In this document: piece by piece, positions 38,561 to 51,374 of the stretch
Numbering within the stretch: the stretch's first letter is position 1
Layout of the letters: every line of letters starts with the position of its first letter
Origin: Octopus vulgaris
Lineage: Eukaryota
DNA: 64,000 nucleotides
NCBI GenBank assembly: GCA_951406725.2
Contig: OX597821.1
Span: 6,014,001-6,078,000 of the forward strand
Reading direction: 5' to 3'
The notes under the pieces: model-generated
Seen by the model: the letters and a program-made list of their open reading frames with translations, nothing else
Database searches by the model: none
What the model was told of the DNA's origin: nothing
Position numbers and translations under genes: made by a program

Positions 38561-39616
38561 GTGTGAACAACAACAACAACAATAATAATAGTGGTGGTGG
38601 TGGTGGTGGTGGTGGTGATTATTAGAGCTCTCACTGACTTTTTCAAGTTTCACTTGAAAAGGAAATTGAGAGTGGAGATGGAAGTGAGTTGCAGAGAAGG
38701 AACTGGAGAGGGCACTTGCTCCTAGGGTTTCAGACAAATCTCAGACAGTGGGGTTCCTCAATTATCCCTAGAGGTGTTCCTATATCATGAGGGCCCATCC
38801 TTCCCTATGTATTTTTTTTTTACTTTTGTATGCTATGCACATGTTCCTTCTTTTCCAATGTAGACCATGTATACTTTTTTTTTATCATTTTATTATTATA
38901 TTAATAGGCACAGGAGTGGCTGTTTGGTAAGTAGCTTGCTAACCAACCACATGGTTCCGGGTTCAGTCTGTATGTTTGTGTCTGTGTTTGTTCCCCTAGC
39001 ATTGCTTGACAACCGATGCTGGTGTGTTTACGTCCCCGTAACTTAGCGGTTCGGCAAAAGAGACCGATAGAATAAGTACTGGGCTTACAAAGAATAAGTC
39101 CCGGGGTCGATTTGCTCGACTAAAGGCGGTGCTCCAGCATGGCCGCAGTCAAATGACTGAAACAAGTAAAAAGAGTAAAAAGAGAATATGTAAACTCCCA
39201 CACTTTATGTCTGTCTCTGCATTATCCCCCTCGTCTTTCACCCTTGTGGAAAAGCGTTGGGCCTCATGGAGGCAAAGTGGCTGGGCTCCCTTCGAGTGTT
39301 GGGCCTCACAGAGGCAATGGCCAAGACTTTTGATATGATATCGTGCTTGAGAAGAAGACCCATCAAGCCAAGCAAAATCACAGTTGTGACAGATACAGGT
39401 GTCATGCAAATAGCACCTGTGCCAGCAGCATGTAAAAGTACCCATTACACTCTAGGAGTGGTTGGCGTTAGGAAGGGCATCCAGCCGTAGAAAACCATGC
39501 CAAATCAGACTGGATCCTAGCGCAGCCTTCCAGTGTGCCAGCCCAGTCAAACCATCCAACCTATGCCACCATGGACAACAGACATTAAATGATGATGATT
39601 ATGATGATGATGATTA

Positions 39617-39826
39617 CTGGCAGAAACGTTAGCACGTCGGGTGAAATGCTTAGTGGTATTTCGTCTGTCGTTACGTTCTGAGTTCAAATTCTGCCGAGGA
39701 CAACTTTGCCTTTCATCCTCTCGGGGTCGATAAATTAAGTACCAGTTTCGCACTGGGTTGATGTAATCAACTTAATCCCTTTGTTTGTCCCCTCTATGTT
39801 TAGCCCCTTGTGGGTAGTAAAGAAAT
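39617..39826 (+). mobile_element. tRNA-derived SINE family B (central CTTTGCCTTTCATCC.T.CGGGGTCGATAAA.TAAGTACCAG, resembling the Meta-type SINE domain)
   Basis: Other copies at about 13960-14135, 37510-37710, 38025-38165, 47544-47762 (+) and 24892-25000, 28135-28230, 52290-52503 (-). Confidence 0.8.
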
Positions 39827-39827
39827 A

Positions 39828-39862
<35 letters not shown>

Positions 39863-40244
39863 GAATAGCTATTTGCAATACAGCTTAAGAGTTTGTTTTT
39901 TTTCACTGGTCCTTATATCAGAGGTGACAAATCCCATTAAGGCATGTGGCTAGCTGTCAGTATATATTATTGATAAGTCCCCATTAAATCAAAATACATC
40001 TGGCATGCATTTCCCTCCCAAAGATATTGTGTTTTGAAACACAGCACACCCATAAGAAACATTATCGCGGGCAAATATAACACTAACTTACCAGTCAACA
40101 ATGGACATATATTATGTATGATACATAAATAACAATATATATATATATATCATATTACACAGATTGGCTGAAAACTGCCTAGATGGTAGATGTTGATGAT
40201 GATGATGATAAAAATCCCAGAATAAGACGTACTGAAAACAAGTA

Positions 40245-41372
40245 CAGAAAAATAACTAAGCATATAAAAACCCTTGGTAAAACTGCTGCCTTAGATATTC
40301 TTACTGGTGAATGGTAAGAAAAACTGCTCAATGGCAAACATGCAAAGAGAGCTAATAATGCTGATATTCACAAAGCCCTTACTCGTCAATGGTTAATGCT
40401 TTTTGGCTTAAAATCAGAGACAGAAGGGTTTATCATAGCAGCCCAAGATCAATGCCCACCTACAAGAAGCTACCGGGCCAACATCTTAAAGAACGGCAGT
40501 AGCCCAACATGTCGTGTATGTAAACAAGAAGCAGAAACCATTGATCATGTTGTCTCCATGTGCAGCCTTCTTGCGCCCACAGAGTATCTCAACAGGCATG
40601 ATAGAGTGGCGCAGTATATTCACTGGATAATCTGCAAAGGCCTGGACTTGCCCCATGATAAAAACTGGTGGGAACACAAACCACTTCCAGTGCTTGAAAA
40701 TGATCACATCTCACTCTTCTGGAACTTTACTGTTCAAACTGAGAGATGCAATGAGGCCAGACATTATACTGAATGATTTCAGACAAAATCATGACATCTC
40801 ATTGATATGACTGTCCCAACTGACATAAATGTATTTATCAAGACCTACCAAAAACTGAGTAAATATAAAGATCTTGAAATAGAAATTGGTAAAATGTGAA
40901 ACCTGAAAACTAGAACAATACCTGTTGTCATAGGCACCCTAGGAATGATAGCAAAAGGGGCTGATTGTTTCGTATCTCCTTCCAGGTGGAGGACGAGGAG
41001 GGGGAGGGGGGAGGTGGTGTGGGGGGAGGAGGAGGAGGAGGAGGAGGCAAAAGGGGCTGATTGCTACCTAGCTCAGATACCAGGAAACCCCAAAATGGCA
41101 GAAATTCAAAAGATAGTGCTCATGGGAACTGCCCATATCCTACGCAAAATACTTTCTATGTAATCTCAAATTTTAAAACAAACTCATAATTTTCTTATGG
41201 TTTCTTAAACATTCTCTAGAACAACACTATGTACAGAACTAAATATAAGGCACCCTGGACATAATACCAACATGAACTTCTAACTAGTCTCTTGAGATCT
41301 CTGGGTGAGACTTGGAGCCAACTTGTACAAATGTAAAGCAAAAGTCAAACATAAAATAATAATAATGATAAT
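40245..41372 (+). mobile_element. R4/Dong-clade LINE 3' remnant (CCHC zinc finger plus restriction-like endonuclease), ending in (TAA)n
   Basis: LKSETEGFIIAAQDQ...CRVCKQEAETIDHVVSMC...YLNRHDRVAQYIHW...(RPDII)...IDMTVP...KLSKYKDLEIEI...IPVVIGTLG...IQKIVLMGTAHILRKILSM, with stops and frameshifts. Confidence 0.88.
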
Positions 41373-43053
41373 TTAATAAATTTAAAAGCAAACAAAACAG
41401 TAATTCAGATACCAGAGTTGCTGAATAGAAACTACAGGGCAGTGCTGTTTGTGTGTTGGTCTATTTTATTTTTCAAGAAATATACTCTGGAATAGAAAAA
41501 ATAAATAAAACAAATTTTAGAAATCTTGTCAATGATATATGAATCTTGAGAATTTACTTTTTTTAAAAAAAATGTTACTTTAATGGCAAAAGCAGAAAAC
41601 AAGTATCAATACAATGGAAGATAAGTATTTACAGCATATACCAGACATCATAGAAATAGTAATAAACCATGGTAAGTGGCAAGAATCAAAATAGTGACTT
41701 ATATATTCAATCTATATACCTTCCAGTAGATTCAAATGTAAATACGTGACCCCTTTCGGTTTGCCTGCAGTTGTGGATGTTTCTAAGTTGATTGAAATTT
41801 TTAAATTTGGTGTATTAATGTAGTTTTCCAAGTTGAATCTTAGGAGATATTTCGCTTTTTCCAGAAAAGTTTTTAAACAAAGTTATCGGGGTTTAAAGTT
41901 TGACAATTTCCACCAAGTCAGAAAACAGGATTTAGAAGCTGTCATTTTGTGTGTAACGTGCTTTAATATGAAACTATAAATAAATCAACACGTGTTATCT
42001 CACAGACAAAAGAGTTCTTACGTTTGGCTTGTTATTATGGAAACAGGTGAGAATGTCTGTGGCTTACGATTTACTAAAATTACCCAAGATTTGCAAACTT
42101 TAAAAGCTAATAACACTCTATTTATTGATTTATAGAGAAAATAAATTTCATGGTATTGATTAGCATATAAAACTACATCATTACACCAAATATGAAATCA
42201 ATTCAAACAGAAATTGAAGAGATTGAAAATTGGTAGCCAAGCAAAAAATCCAAACATGTTAATCAGTGTTGTATTTCATCATTGAACAGTAACTTCACCT
42301 TTCAGATGAATGTTTGTTTTATAACACTAAAATCATTAGCATAGGGACACACTAAGACACCCAGTGTTTTGACATCTCTGTGTCTCCTCAGACAAAGCTG
42401 ATGACTCTATCATAGTTTTCAAACAGCAGGTTTATGTCCTGAAAGAATGCTCTGGACCAGTGATTCATCCTGTTTATTTTAATTTTATTTTAATTTCAAA
42501 ATTAAGTTTCTGAAAACATTTTTCCAATTTGCTTTTATGTAAGTATTTTTTTTAAATGTTTGCTTTCTACAAACTGTTTTTAGCTTTCAGGAAGTACAGC
42601 TCCAATTTCGATTTTGTTTATTCAGTTTTCACTGAAGTATAAATTTATAATGTTTATATAGAATATCAGTGATAAGTCACATTTTTCTCACCCTTTCGTT
42701 ACTGTATTGATTTCAAGATGCTTGAGATATTTAGTAAAATAACTTAGTTATAATTAAGCTAGTGTTGGGAACATAAATTGTGACTACGGTTTGGTGGAAG
42801 ATTTTAATTCAAAACTTGTGAAAACAAGAAATTTGTCCTACAGAGCCAGAGCCGGTTTCAGCCGGATTGGTAATGAAGGGGTTAATATATTTTAATGTTT
42901 TCTTTTATTCTTTTATGTATTTCAATCATTTGACTGCAGCCATGCTGGAGCACCAACTCCAGAACTTATTCTTTGCAAGCCTAGTACTTATTCCATCAGT
43001 CTCTTTTTGCCAAACTGCAAAATTATGAGGACATAAACACACCAACATTAGTT

Positions 43054-43223
43054 ACAGTTCTATATTTAAGAGATGAGGAATTATTTACATTATTTACATT
43101 TGACGGATATTTGTCCTCATCTTGTTTGTTGTTAACACGTTTCGGCTGATATACCCTCCAGCCTTCATCAATTGTCTTGGGGAAATTTCGAACCTGGGTT
43201 CACATTCCTAAGGTATTTTTCGA

Positions 43224-43276
<53 letters not shown>

Positions 43277-43501
43277 TCACTGCTTGGAATCAAACTCAGA
43301 ATCTTGAGTTTAGTCGCAATGACCTGAATAATAATGATAATGATAATAATAATAACAACATTGGAAAATACCTTAGGAATGAGAACCCTAGTTCCAAATT
43401 TCCCCCAAGACATCTGATGAAGTCTGGAGGGTATATCAGCTGAAATGTTGCGTTAACAACAAACAAGATGAGGACAAATATCCATCAAATGTAAATAATG
43501 T
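43054..43501. mobile_element. Inverted pair of Penelope-like terminal repeats with degenerate hammerheads around (ATT)n, inserted into a SINE A copy (about 42905-43753, -)
   Basis: About 43085-43237 is the reverse complement of about 43345-43501. Hammerhead-like (C/T)TGATGA-A-GGCTG-gagggtatat-CAGCC-GAAACGT on both arms. Flanks ACCAACATTAGTT (43041-43053) and ACCAGCATTGGTT (43502-43514). Confidence 0.8.
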
Positions 43502-43848
43502 ACCAGCATTGGTTGTAAAGAAATGGCAACGGGAAAAAAAAAAGACACATACGCAAGCACACACATAAATATATACATATATCTATATATACGATGGACT
43601 TCTTTCAGTTTCCATCTACCAAATCAACTCACAAGGCCTTGGTCAGCCTGAGACTATAATAAAAGACACTTGCCAAAAGTGCCATGCAGTGGGACTGAAC
43701 CTAGAACCATGTGGTTGGGAAGCAAGCTTCTTACCACACAGCCACTCCTGAGCCTATTTTTGTTATTTTTTCCAAGAACTGATTTAACAAAGTATACTGA
43801 CAATAGTTCACACTGTCAAGCATAAAGCATGTGATACATAGATACATT

Positions 43849-43862
<14 letters not shown>

Positions 43863-43879
<17 letters not shown>

Positions 43880-44110
43880 TTAGAGATAAAACCACTATTA
43901 TGCAATTCAAACAGTGATAGACATAAACCAAAACATAAATAACAAATAATATATATTTTTATAAAACATTAAATACTGATCATTCATTTTTATACTTTTT
44001 GAGATGTTTTATAAAAATATATATTATTTGTTATTTATGCATTGGTTTATGTCTATCACTGTTTGGGTTGCATAATAGTGGTTTTATCTCTAATTTATAT
44101 TTTTATATAT
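43863..44110. repeat. AT-rich fold-back inverted repeat (~105 bp arms, 34 nt loop)
   Basis: 43863-43969 pairs with 44004-44110. Confidence 0.88.
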
Positions 44111-44265
44111 TTATATTGTGAAATTTGACTTAATACTAAATTGAATTTTTCCCTGTAAGTTTGGAGTTATACTCCCTGATATTATTATTATTATTATTAT
44201 TTTAATATATATATACATATATATATATTATATATATATAAGAAAAATACAAATGGGGTTTAAAA

Positions 44266-44346
44266 TTCACAACAGCTGTTTCAGCAGCATTTTATTGATG
44301 CATTCTTAGATTACATCATGGCAAAAATCTGCCATCATCAGGTAAA
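44266..44346 (-). ncRNA. Type-I hammerhead ribozyme motif with intact core, forming one arm of an inverted repeat (about 44241-44485)
   Basis: Minus strand TTTAC-CTGATGA-T-GGCAG-ATTTT...AAAAT-G-CTGCT-GAAAC-AGCT-GT-T-GTGAA; palindromic ACAGCTGT stem III. The partner arm has a mutated core CTACCGA. Confidence 0.72.
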
Positions 44347-44600
44347 CTTTAGACATGATTATATGGCCTCTGTTTAAAGTTTACCTACCGATGTCAGATT
44401 TTTGCCATGATGTAATCTAAGAATGCATCAATAAAATGCTACCGAAACAGCTGTTGTGAGTTTTGAACCCCACTTGTGTTCTTTTTTATACATATGCCAC
44501 ACTTGGAACCCCTCCCTGTTGGATCTACAGATTATATTGGATTGGGTACCAATGTATATCATATATAAATATGTGTAATTATATAGATAGATGTGTATGC

Positions 44601-44631
<31 letters not shown>

Positions 44632-44846
44632 AGTAGTATATTTAATATATCCAATTTGTTTATCCACATAACTGTCTCCATATCTGCTCAACCCCATCCC
44701 TCTTACAACCATTCTTTACCCCATGGAATTGACCCCTATAAAGACAATGGTATCTAAGTTTGAATCATTTGAGCACTACTGTCTTCTATGCTGAGAATCT
44801 CTGGAGCTCATCTATTGATTATACATATATATATATATATATACAT

Positions 44847-45237
44847 ACTCTTTTACTTGTTTCAGTCATTTGACTGTGGCCATGCTGGAGCACCGCCTTT
44901 AGTCAAAGAAATCGATCCCAAGACTTATTCTTTGTAAGCCTAGTACTTATTCTGTCAGGCTCTTTTGCCAAACCACTAAGTTACCACTAAGCATCGGTTG
45001 TTAAGTGATATTGGGGGACGAACACATACACACAAACATATACACACACATACATATATATACACATATATATACGATGGGCTTCTTCCAGTTTCCATCA
45101 ACCAAATCCACTCACAAGGCTTTGGTAGGCCCAAGGCTATAGTAGAAGACACTTGCCCAAGGTGCCACACAGTGGGACTGAACCCGGAACCATGTGCTTG
45201 GTAAGCAAGCTAGTTACCACACAGCCACTCCTGTGCC
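44847..45237 (-). mobile_element. SINE family A copy
   Basis: Tail-to-head reverse-complement match. Confidence 0.88.
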
Positions 45238-46253
45238 TGTCTATATATATATGTCTACATATAATAGACATAACAGTGTGGTTATTAGATTTAATACCAC
45301 TGTATGCCACCTTGTGCAAGTGTCTGTTATAGCCCTGGGTCAAACAAAGCCCTTGTGAGTGAATTTGGTACACAAAAAAAACTGAAAATAAGCCTATTTT
45401 ATATTATATGTGTTATGCATGTCGATGTGTGTGTGTGTAAATAAGTGTGTATGTGTGTTTCTGTCACTTTGTCTTGCATCACATGCTAATTGTAAACAAA
45501 CATAACCATCATACAAGCAGTGATGTTTGCAATCTTCCATGACATGTCCAGACTAGGGGAACATATCACCTCGCTTGCAAACATAAAGGCTGATAAAAAG
45601 AAGATCATCCGGCTATGAGAGATCTACTTCAACCGGTTTTTTTTTTATTTGTACAAGCATTGGAAAGTAGACACTAAAACAATGATGGTATACACACACA
45701 CACACACACACACATAGGGTAATGGGTAAAGATTCCCTTCAGCTATGAATGACCATGGGATTGCACCTAGAAAGTTCCTCTCCGAGGCACAATTCCAGGC
45801 AAGGTCATTTTATGGAAGATCAGCAGTTAACTATGCATGCCAGCCTCCCCTCTCCACACCACTGATGTTATCCAAGGGAAAGGCAAAGGACGATACACCT
45901 TGACACCAGTGACATCACAACTTATTTCTACAGATGAACTGGGGCAAAGTGAAACAAAGTGTCAAGCTCAAGAACACAACACACAGCCCGATCTGGGAAC
46001 TGAACTCACAAACTCACAATTGTGGGCTAAATGCTAACCATTGAACCATGCTCCTTCACACACATATATGAATGTATAAAATGAGATCCATCTCTTTCCC
46101 AGTTGAGTACTAAATCACATGGTCAACAAATTTCTAAGTAAACTAGACCCACCAACACTATAACCTGTCCTTGTAATGTCCCCTATATGTTGCTCTTGTA
46201 GCAAATAAATCATTTACAGACAAAACAAAAATATTTTAAATGCTTCTCAAATA

Positions 46254-46848
<595 letters not shown>

Positions 46849-48225
46849 AATATATATAGAGCATCTGGCTCACAATCTTAAGATCATGAGTTCAATTCCT
46901 GGCACTGTATTATGTCCTTGGGCAAGACACTTCATTTCCTGTTGCTCCAGTCCACTCAGCTGACAAAAATGAGTAATACCTGTATTTCAAAGGGTTAGCT
47001 TCGTCATACTCTGAGTCACAATGAATCTCCCTGAGGACTACATTATGTGTGTTTGTGGAGTGCTCTGTCACTTGCATATTAATTTCATGAGCAGGTTATT
47101 CCATTGATCAGATCAACTGGAACCCTCGCCATCATAACCAATGGAGTGCCATGTATGTAAGCCATACATATACACCAATTTCACTGACTGGGCTTTAATA
47201 AGCCCAGGACATTAGTAGAAGACACAAGCACAAAGTGTTATGCAGTTGGATTGAACCCAAGACCATGTGGTGGGAAGCAAGCTGCTTAACCACACAGCTA
47301 TGCTTGCACCAATAAAAGGAATTCGAGGCATCATTAAGGTGTAGTTTATATGGAACGATGACACTACAATAGGGCCCATAGTCTTACAAACTGAAGAGAA
47401 ACAGGCACGGAAGTGTTATTATGAAAAGTTGTTAAACCAACCCCCACCACAAACACATATTTGTATTCTCTGATCCTTTTACATCCATACTGGTGCCATG
47501 TGGAAAGTATTGGTGCTGGTGTCGCATAGAAGGCACTGGTGAAGGCAGCGAGCCAGCAGAAACATTTGCACGCCAGGCGAAATGCTTAACGGCATTTCGT
47601 CTGAGTTCAAGTTCTGCTGAGGTCGACTTTGCCTTTCATCCTTTCAGGGTCGATTAAATAAGTACCAGTTACGCACTGGGGTTGATATAATCGACTTAAT
47701 CCATTTGTCTGTCCTTGTTTGTCCCTTGTGTGTGTAGCCCCTTGTGGGCAGTAAAGAAATAAGAAGGCACTGGTGCTGGTGCCATATAAAAAGCACCCAG
47801 TATACTCTGCAAAGTGGTTGGCATTAAGGGAATCCAGCTATAGTATCCATGCCAAAGCAAGACTATGGAATTTGGTATGGCTCCCGGCCTTTGCATCTCC
47901 TGTCAACCCATTCAACCCATGTCAGCATGGAAAATGGGCATCGAATAATGATAATTATGATGATGATGATTTTCTATGCTAGCATAGATGAAACAGGTAC
48001 TTATTTCAGAAAATATTTTTTTAAAGGCAAATGCTTCTCTGTTTTACAAGAAAGGGAGTTTTCATTCCACCATTTTGATAGCAGAGATTATGGACATAGA
48101 GCTGATAGATAATGTAGATATGTAAATACAATGGCACTGTCTTTTTACTCAGATGATTTCACGTAAGAAGTGGAAATGCCAACTTCCACATGCACACGCA
48201 ATCATTATTGAAATCATTGTTTTAA

Positions 48226-48444
48226 CCCTTTAGCATTTAATCTGGCCACATCCAGCCAAATATTCTATCTGTTTTATGTACAAACTGATCAGATCCAGCC
48301 TCTCACACCTACCCTACAATGTCATTCTAAAAACAAACAATCACATCATTGAAATCTTGAAGCTACAAAGTAATGCATGGCTAATTCAAATCAATGTGAA
48401 GAATTAAACATTATATTTGACAGAGAAATCTGAATGCTAAAGGG
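48226..48444. mobile_element. Second TTAA-type MITE family (CCCTTTAGCATT...AATGCTAAAGGG)
   Basis: TTAA|CCCTTTAGCATT start and GAATGCTAAAGGG|TCAA end. Fragments also at about 6205-6355, 7935-8270, 18200-18480 and 32500-32900. Confidence 0.75.
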
Positions 48445-49368
48445 TCAATGTCCACTTTGCACATTCTTGCATCAGTCAGAGGGAATTTGCTGAGGTGGTT
48501 TCTCTATAGCTGGATGCTCCCCTGACCCCCAACCCTCATCTGTTTGAAAGTAAGATAATATTTCTCCACGACCAGAAATATTTTCACAAAAGACTGGAAA
48601 CAAAGGGTGTTGCTTGTATGACAAGGATACTTGTTCACAACTATCAGGCAAAATCAGAGAAAGAAAGAGTTACTAACACACACACACACACACATATACG
48701 ACAAGCTTTTCAGTTTTTGCTTACCAGGTCCTATTCACTACAATAGAATTAAAATCCTAAAATCAAGGTGTCATGTAAAAAGCTCTGGTGATGGTGCCAC
48801 ATAAAAAGCTCTGGTGATGGTGCCACATAAAAAGATCTGGTGATGGCGCCACATAAAAAGTACTGGTGCCATGTACCCAGTACAATCTGTTAAGTGGTTG
48901 GTATTAGGAAGGATGGAAGAGCATCCAGCTATAGAAACTAAGTCACAACAGGCTTATGGGACCTGATGCAGCTCCTGGTTTTGCCAGTTCCTGTCAAGCC
49001 ATCCAACCCATGTTAGCATGGAAAACGGACATTAAATGTTGACGTTGATGATGAGGTCCACTGACAAGACTTTGGTCAGCCCAGGGCTAGAGTAGAAGAC
49101 ATTTGGCCAAGGTGTCACAAAGAGGAACTGAACCCAAAACCAAGTGGTTGGAAAACAATCTTCTTACAAGGCAGCCATGCCTGTACCTACAATATGCACA
49201 CAATACAGGCTTCTACACAGTTTCTGTCTATCAATGCCCTAGCAATATTACTTTGCTTGGGAAGAGATGAAGGTTGGTGACAGGAAGGGCATCCAGTCAG
49301 AAAATCTGCCTCAAGAAATTCCATCCGACCCATACAAGGGTGGAAAAGTGGAAGTTAAAACAGTGAGG

Positions 49369-49690
49369 GAAAGCACATGGCTTAGTAGTTAAGGTATTCA
49401 GCTCATGATTGTAAGGTCGTGAGTTCAATTCCCAGCGACACATTGTGTTCTTGAGCAAGCACTTCATTTCATGTTGCTCCGGTCCACTTAGCTGGCAAAA
49501 ATGTGTAGTAACCTGTAATTCAAAGAGACAGCTTTTTCACACTGTGTCACACTGAATCTCTCTCAGAACTGCATTAACGGTACACCTGTCTGTGGAGTAC
49601 TCAGCCACTTGCATGTCAATTCCACAAGCAGGCTGTCCCATTGATCAGATCAACTGGAACCCTCGTCGTCGTAACCAACAGAGTGCCAGT
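49369..49690 (+). mobile_element. tRNA-derived SINE family D
   Basis: tRNA-like head (TGGCTTAGTAG...GAGTTCAATTCC), TGTGTTCTTGAGCAAG core, 3' GATCAACTGGAACCCTCGTCGTCGTAACC. A sister copy is at about 46860-47150. Confidence 0.75.
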
Positions 49691-49896
49691 TTTTCATCTT
49701 GCAATATGGAAACCATTTGCCTCTGATCTTCATGCCTTAGTACATTGGAATATTTCTTACTTTAGGCTTCTCCTGTTCACACTTGCCCAAAGCACTGGAC
49801 AGTGGGCCTGAACCTAAGACCATTACGCTTGTAAAGTGAACGTCTTAACCACAAGGCTGTGCCTGCTCCTCTCCCTGCTTGTGGCCTGTGTATAGT

Positions 49897-50571
49897 CTCT
49901 TTTTACTCTTTTACTTGTTTCAGTCATTTGACTGCGGCCATGCTGGAGCACCGCCTTTAGTCTAGCAAATCGACCCCGGAACTTATTCTTTGTAAGCCCA
50001 GTACTTATTCTATCGGTCTCTTTTGCCGAACCGTTAAGTGACGGGGACGTAAACACACCAGGGGGACAAACACAGACACAAACACATACACACACATATA
50101 TATATACATATATACGACAGGCTTCTTTCAGTTTCCAACTACCAAATCCACTCACAAGGCATTGGTCGGCCCGGGGCTATAGCAGAAGACATTTGCCCAA
50201 GTTGCCACGCAGTGGGACTGAACCTGGAACCATGTGGTTGGTAAGCAAGCTACTTACCACACAACCACTCCTGCGCCTATGTATGTATTCTCTTATTTGT
50301 TTCAGTCATTTGACTGCAGCCATGCTGGAGCACCGACTTAAAGGGTTTTTAGTCAAAGAATCGACCTCAGTATTGACTATTTGTAAGTACCTGGTACTTA
50401 ATTTATCGATCTCTTTTGCCAAACTGCTAAGTTATAGGAACATAAACACATCAACATCGGCTGTTATGTGATGGTGGGGGTGGGAGGTCAAACACAGACA
50501 CACAGGCATAAATATACACATGCATACATATATATATATATACACACACACACAAATATACACATACATAC

Positions 50572-50604
<33 letters not shown>

Positions 50605-50752
50605 TATGTATGTATGTTTGTATGTATGTATGTATATACAACAGATTTCTTTCAGTTTCTGTCTATCGCATCCATTTACAAGGCTTTGGTCGGCCTGAGG
50701 CTGTAGTAAAAGACACTTGCCCAAAGTGCCACGCAGTGGGACTGAACCCAGG
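49897..50752 (-). mobile_element. Two tandem SINE family A copies (49897-50278 and about 50287-50752)
   Basis: Consecutive reverse-complement matches. Confidence 0.87.
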
Positions 50753-50939
50753 ACCAGATGCAGGAGTGGTTATAGGTTATATGGTCTTCATTCAGTCCCA
50801 TTGCACAGCATCATCAGAATGTATTGGTGACAGTAAGGACATCTGTCCACAGGATGTCTGCCTCAATTAATTCCATATGGCCTACACAAATATGGAAAAG
50901 TAGCATTAAATGATGACAATGATGATGATGATGATGAAA

Positions 50940-51327
50940 TCTTTATATATAAAAGTAAGGTTGTGTACTGTCTGTCTCCTACGATTTAGATTCTTAACTA
51001 CTCCCACATTTTCGGTGCAGTGTAACCAAAAGCGGGTATCTTATAGTCGTGATTCATATCGAGCTCTTCTGGGTCTACGATGAGTCTACGATTTTAAAAA
51101 TAATTTAACATCATTTTTTTCCCATTTTAATGCATTTTTTCGCTATTATATAAGGGAAGTAACTCTCTAAAAATGTCTACGATGAGTCAACGATTTAAAA
51201 AAAAAATTACCATCATTTGTTTTCCATTTTTAATGCATTTTTTTGCTATTTTTTGCTATAACTCTCTAAAAATGCTTATATAGTTATTTCTCTTACAAAC
51301 CTGAGCAACGCCAGGCGATACTGGTAG
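50940..51327 (+). mobile_element. Non-autonomous Helitron
   Basis: A|TCTTTATATATAAAAG start; end CCTGAGCAACGCCAGGCGATACTGGTAG|T. The 3' ~90 bp is shared with 17801-17890. Confidence 0.8.
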
Positions 51328-51374
51328 TATATATATATAATAGAATAGTAAAAACAAAATTCTTGGTACAGTAT

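Noticed and set aside
42395-42435. CTGATGA...CAAAC hammerhead-like string
   Set aside because: Lacks GAAA and a convincing stem I/III; likely chance.
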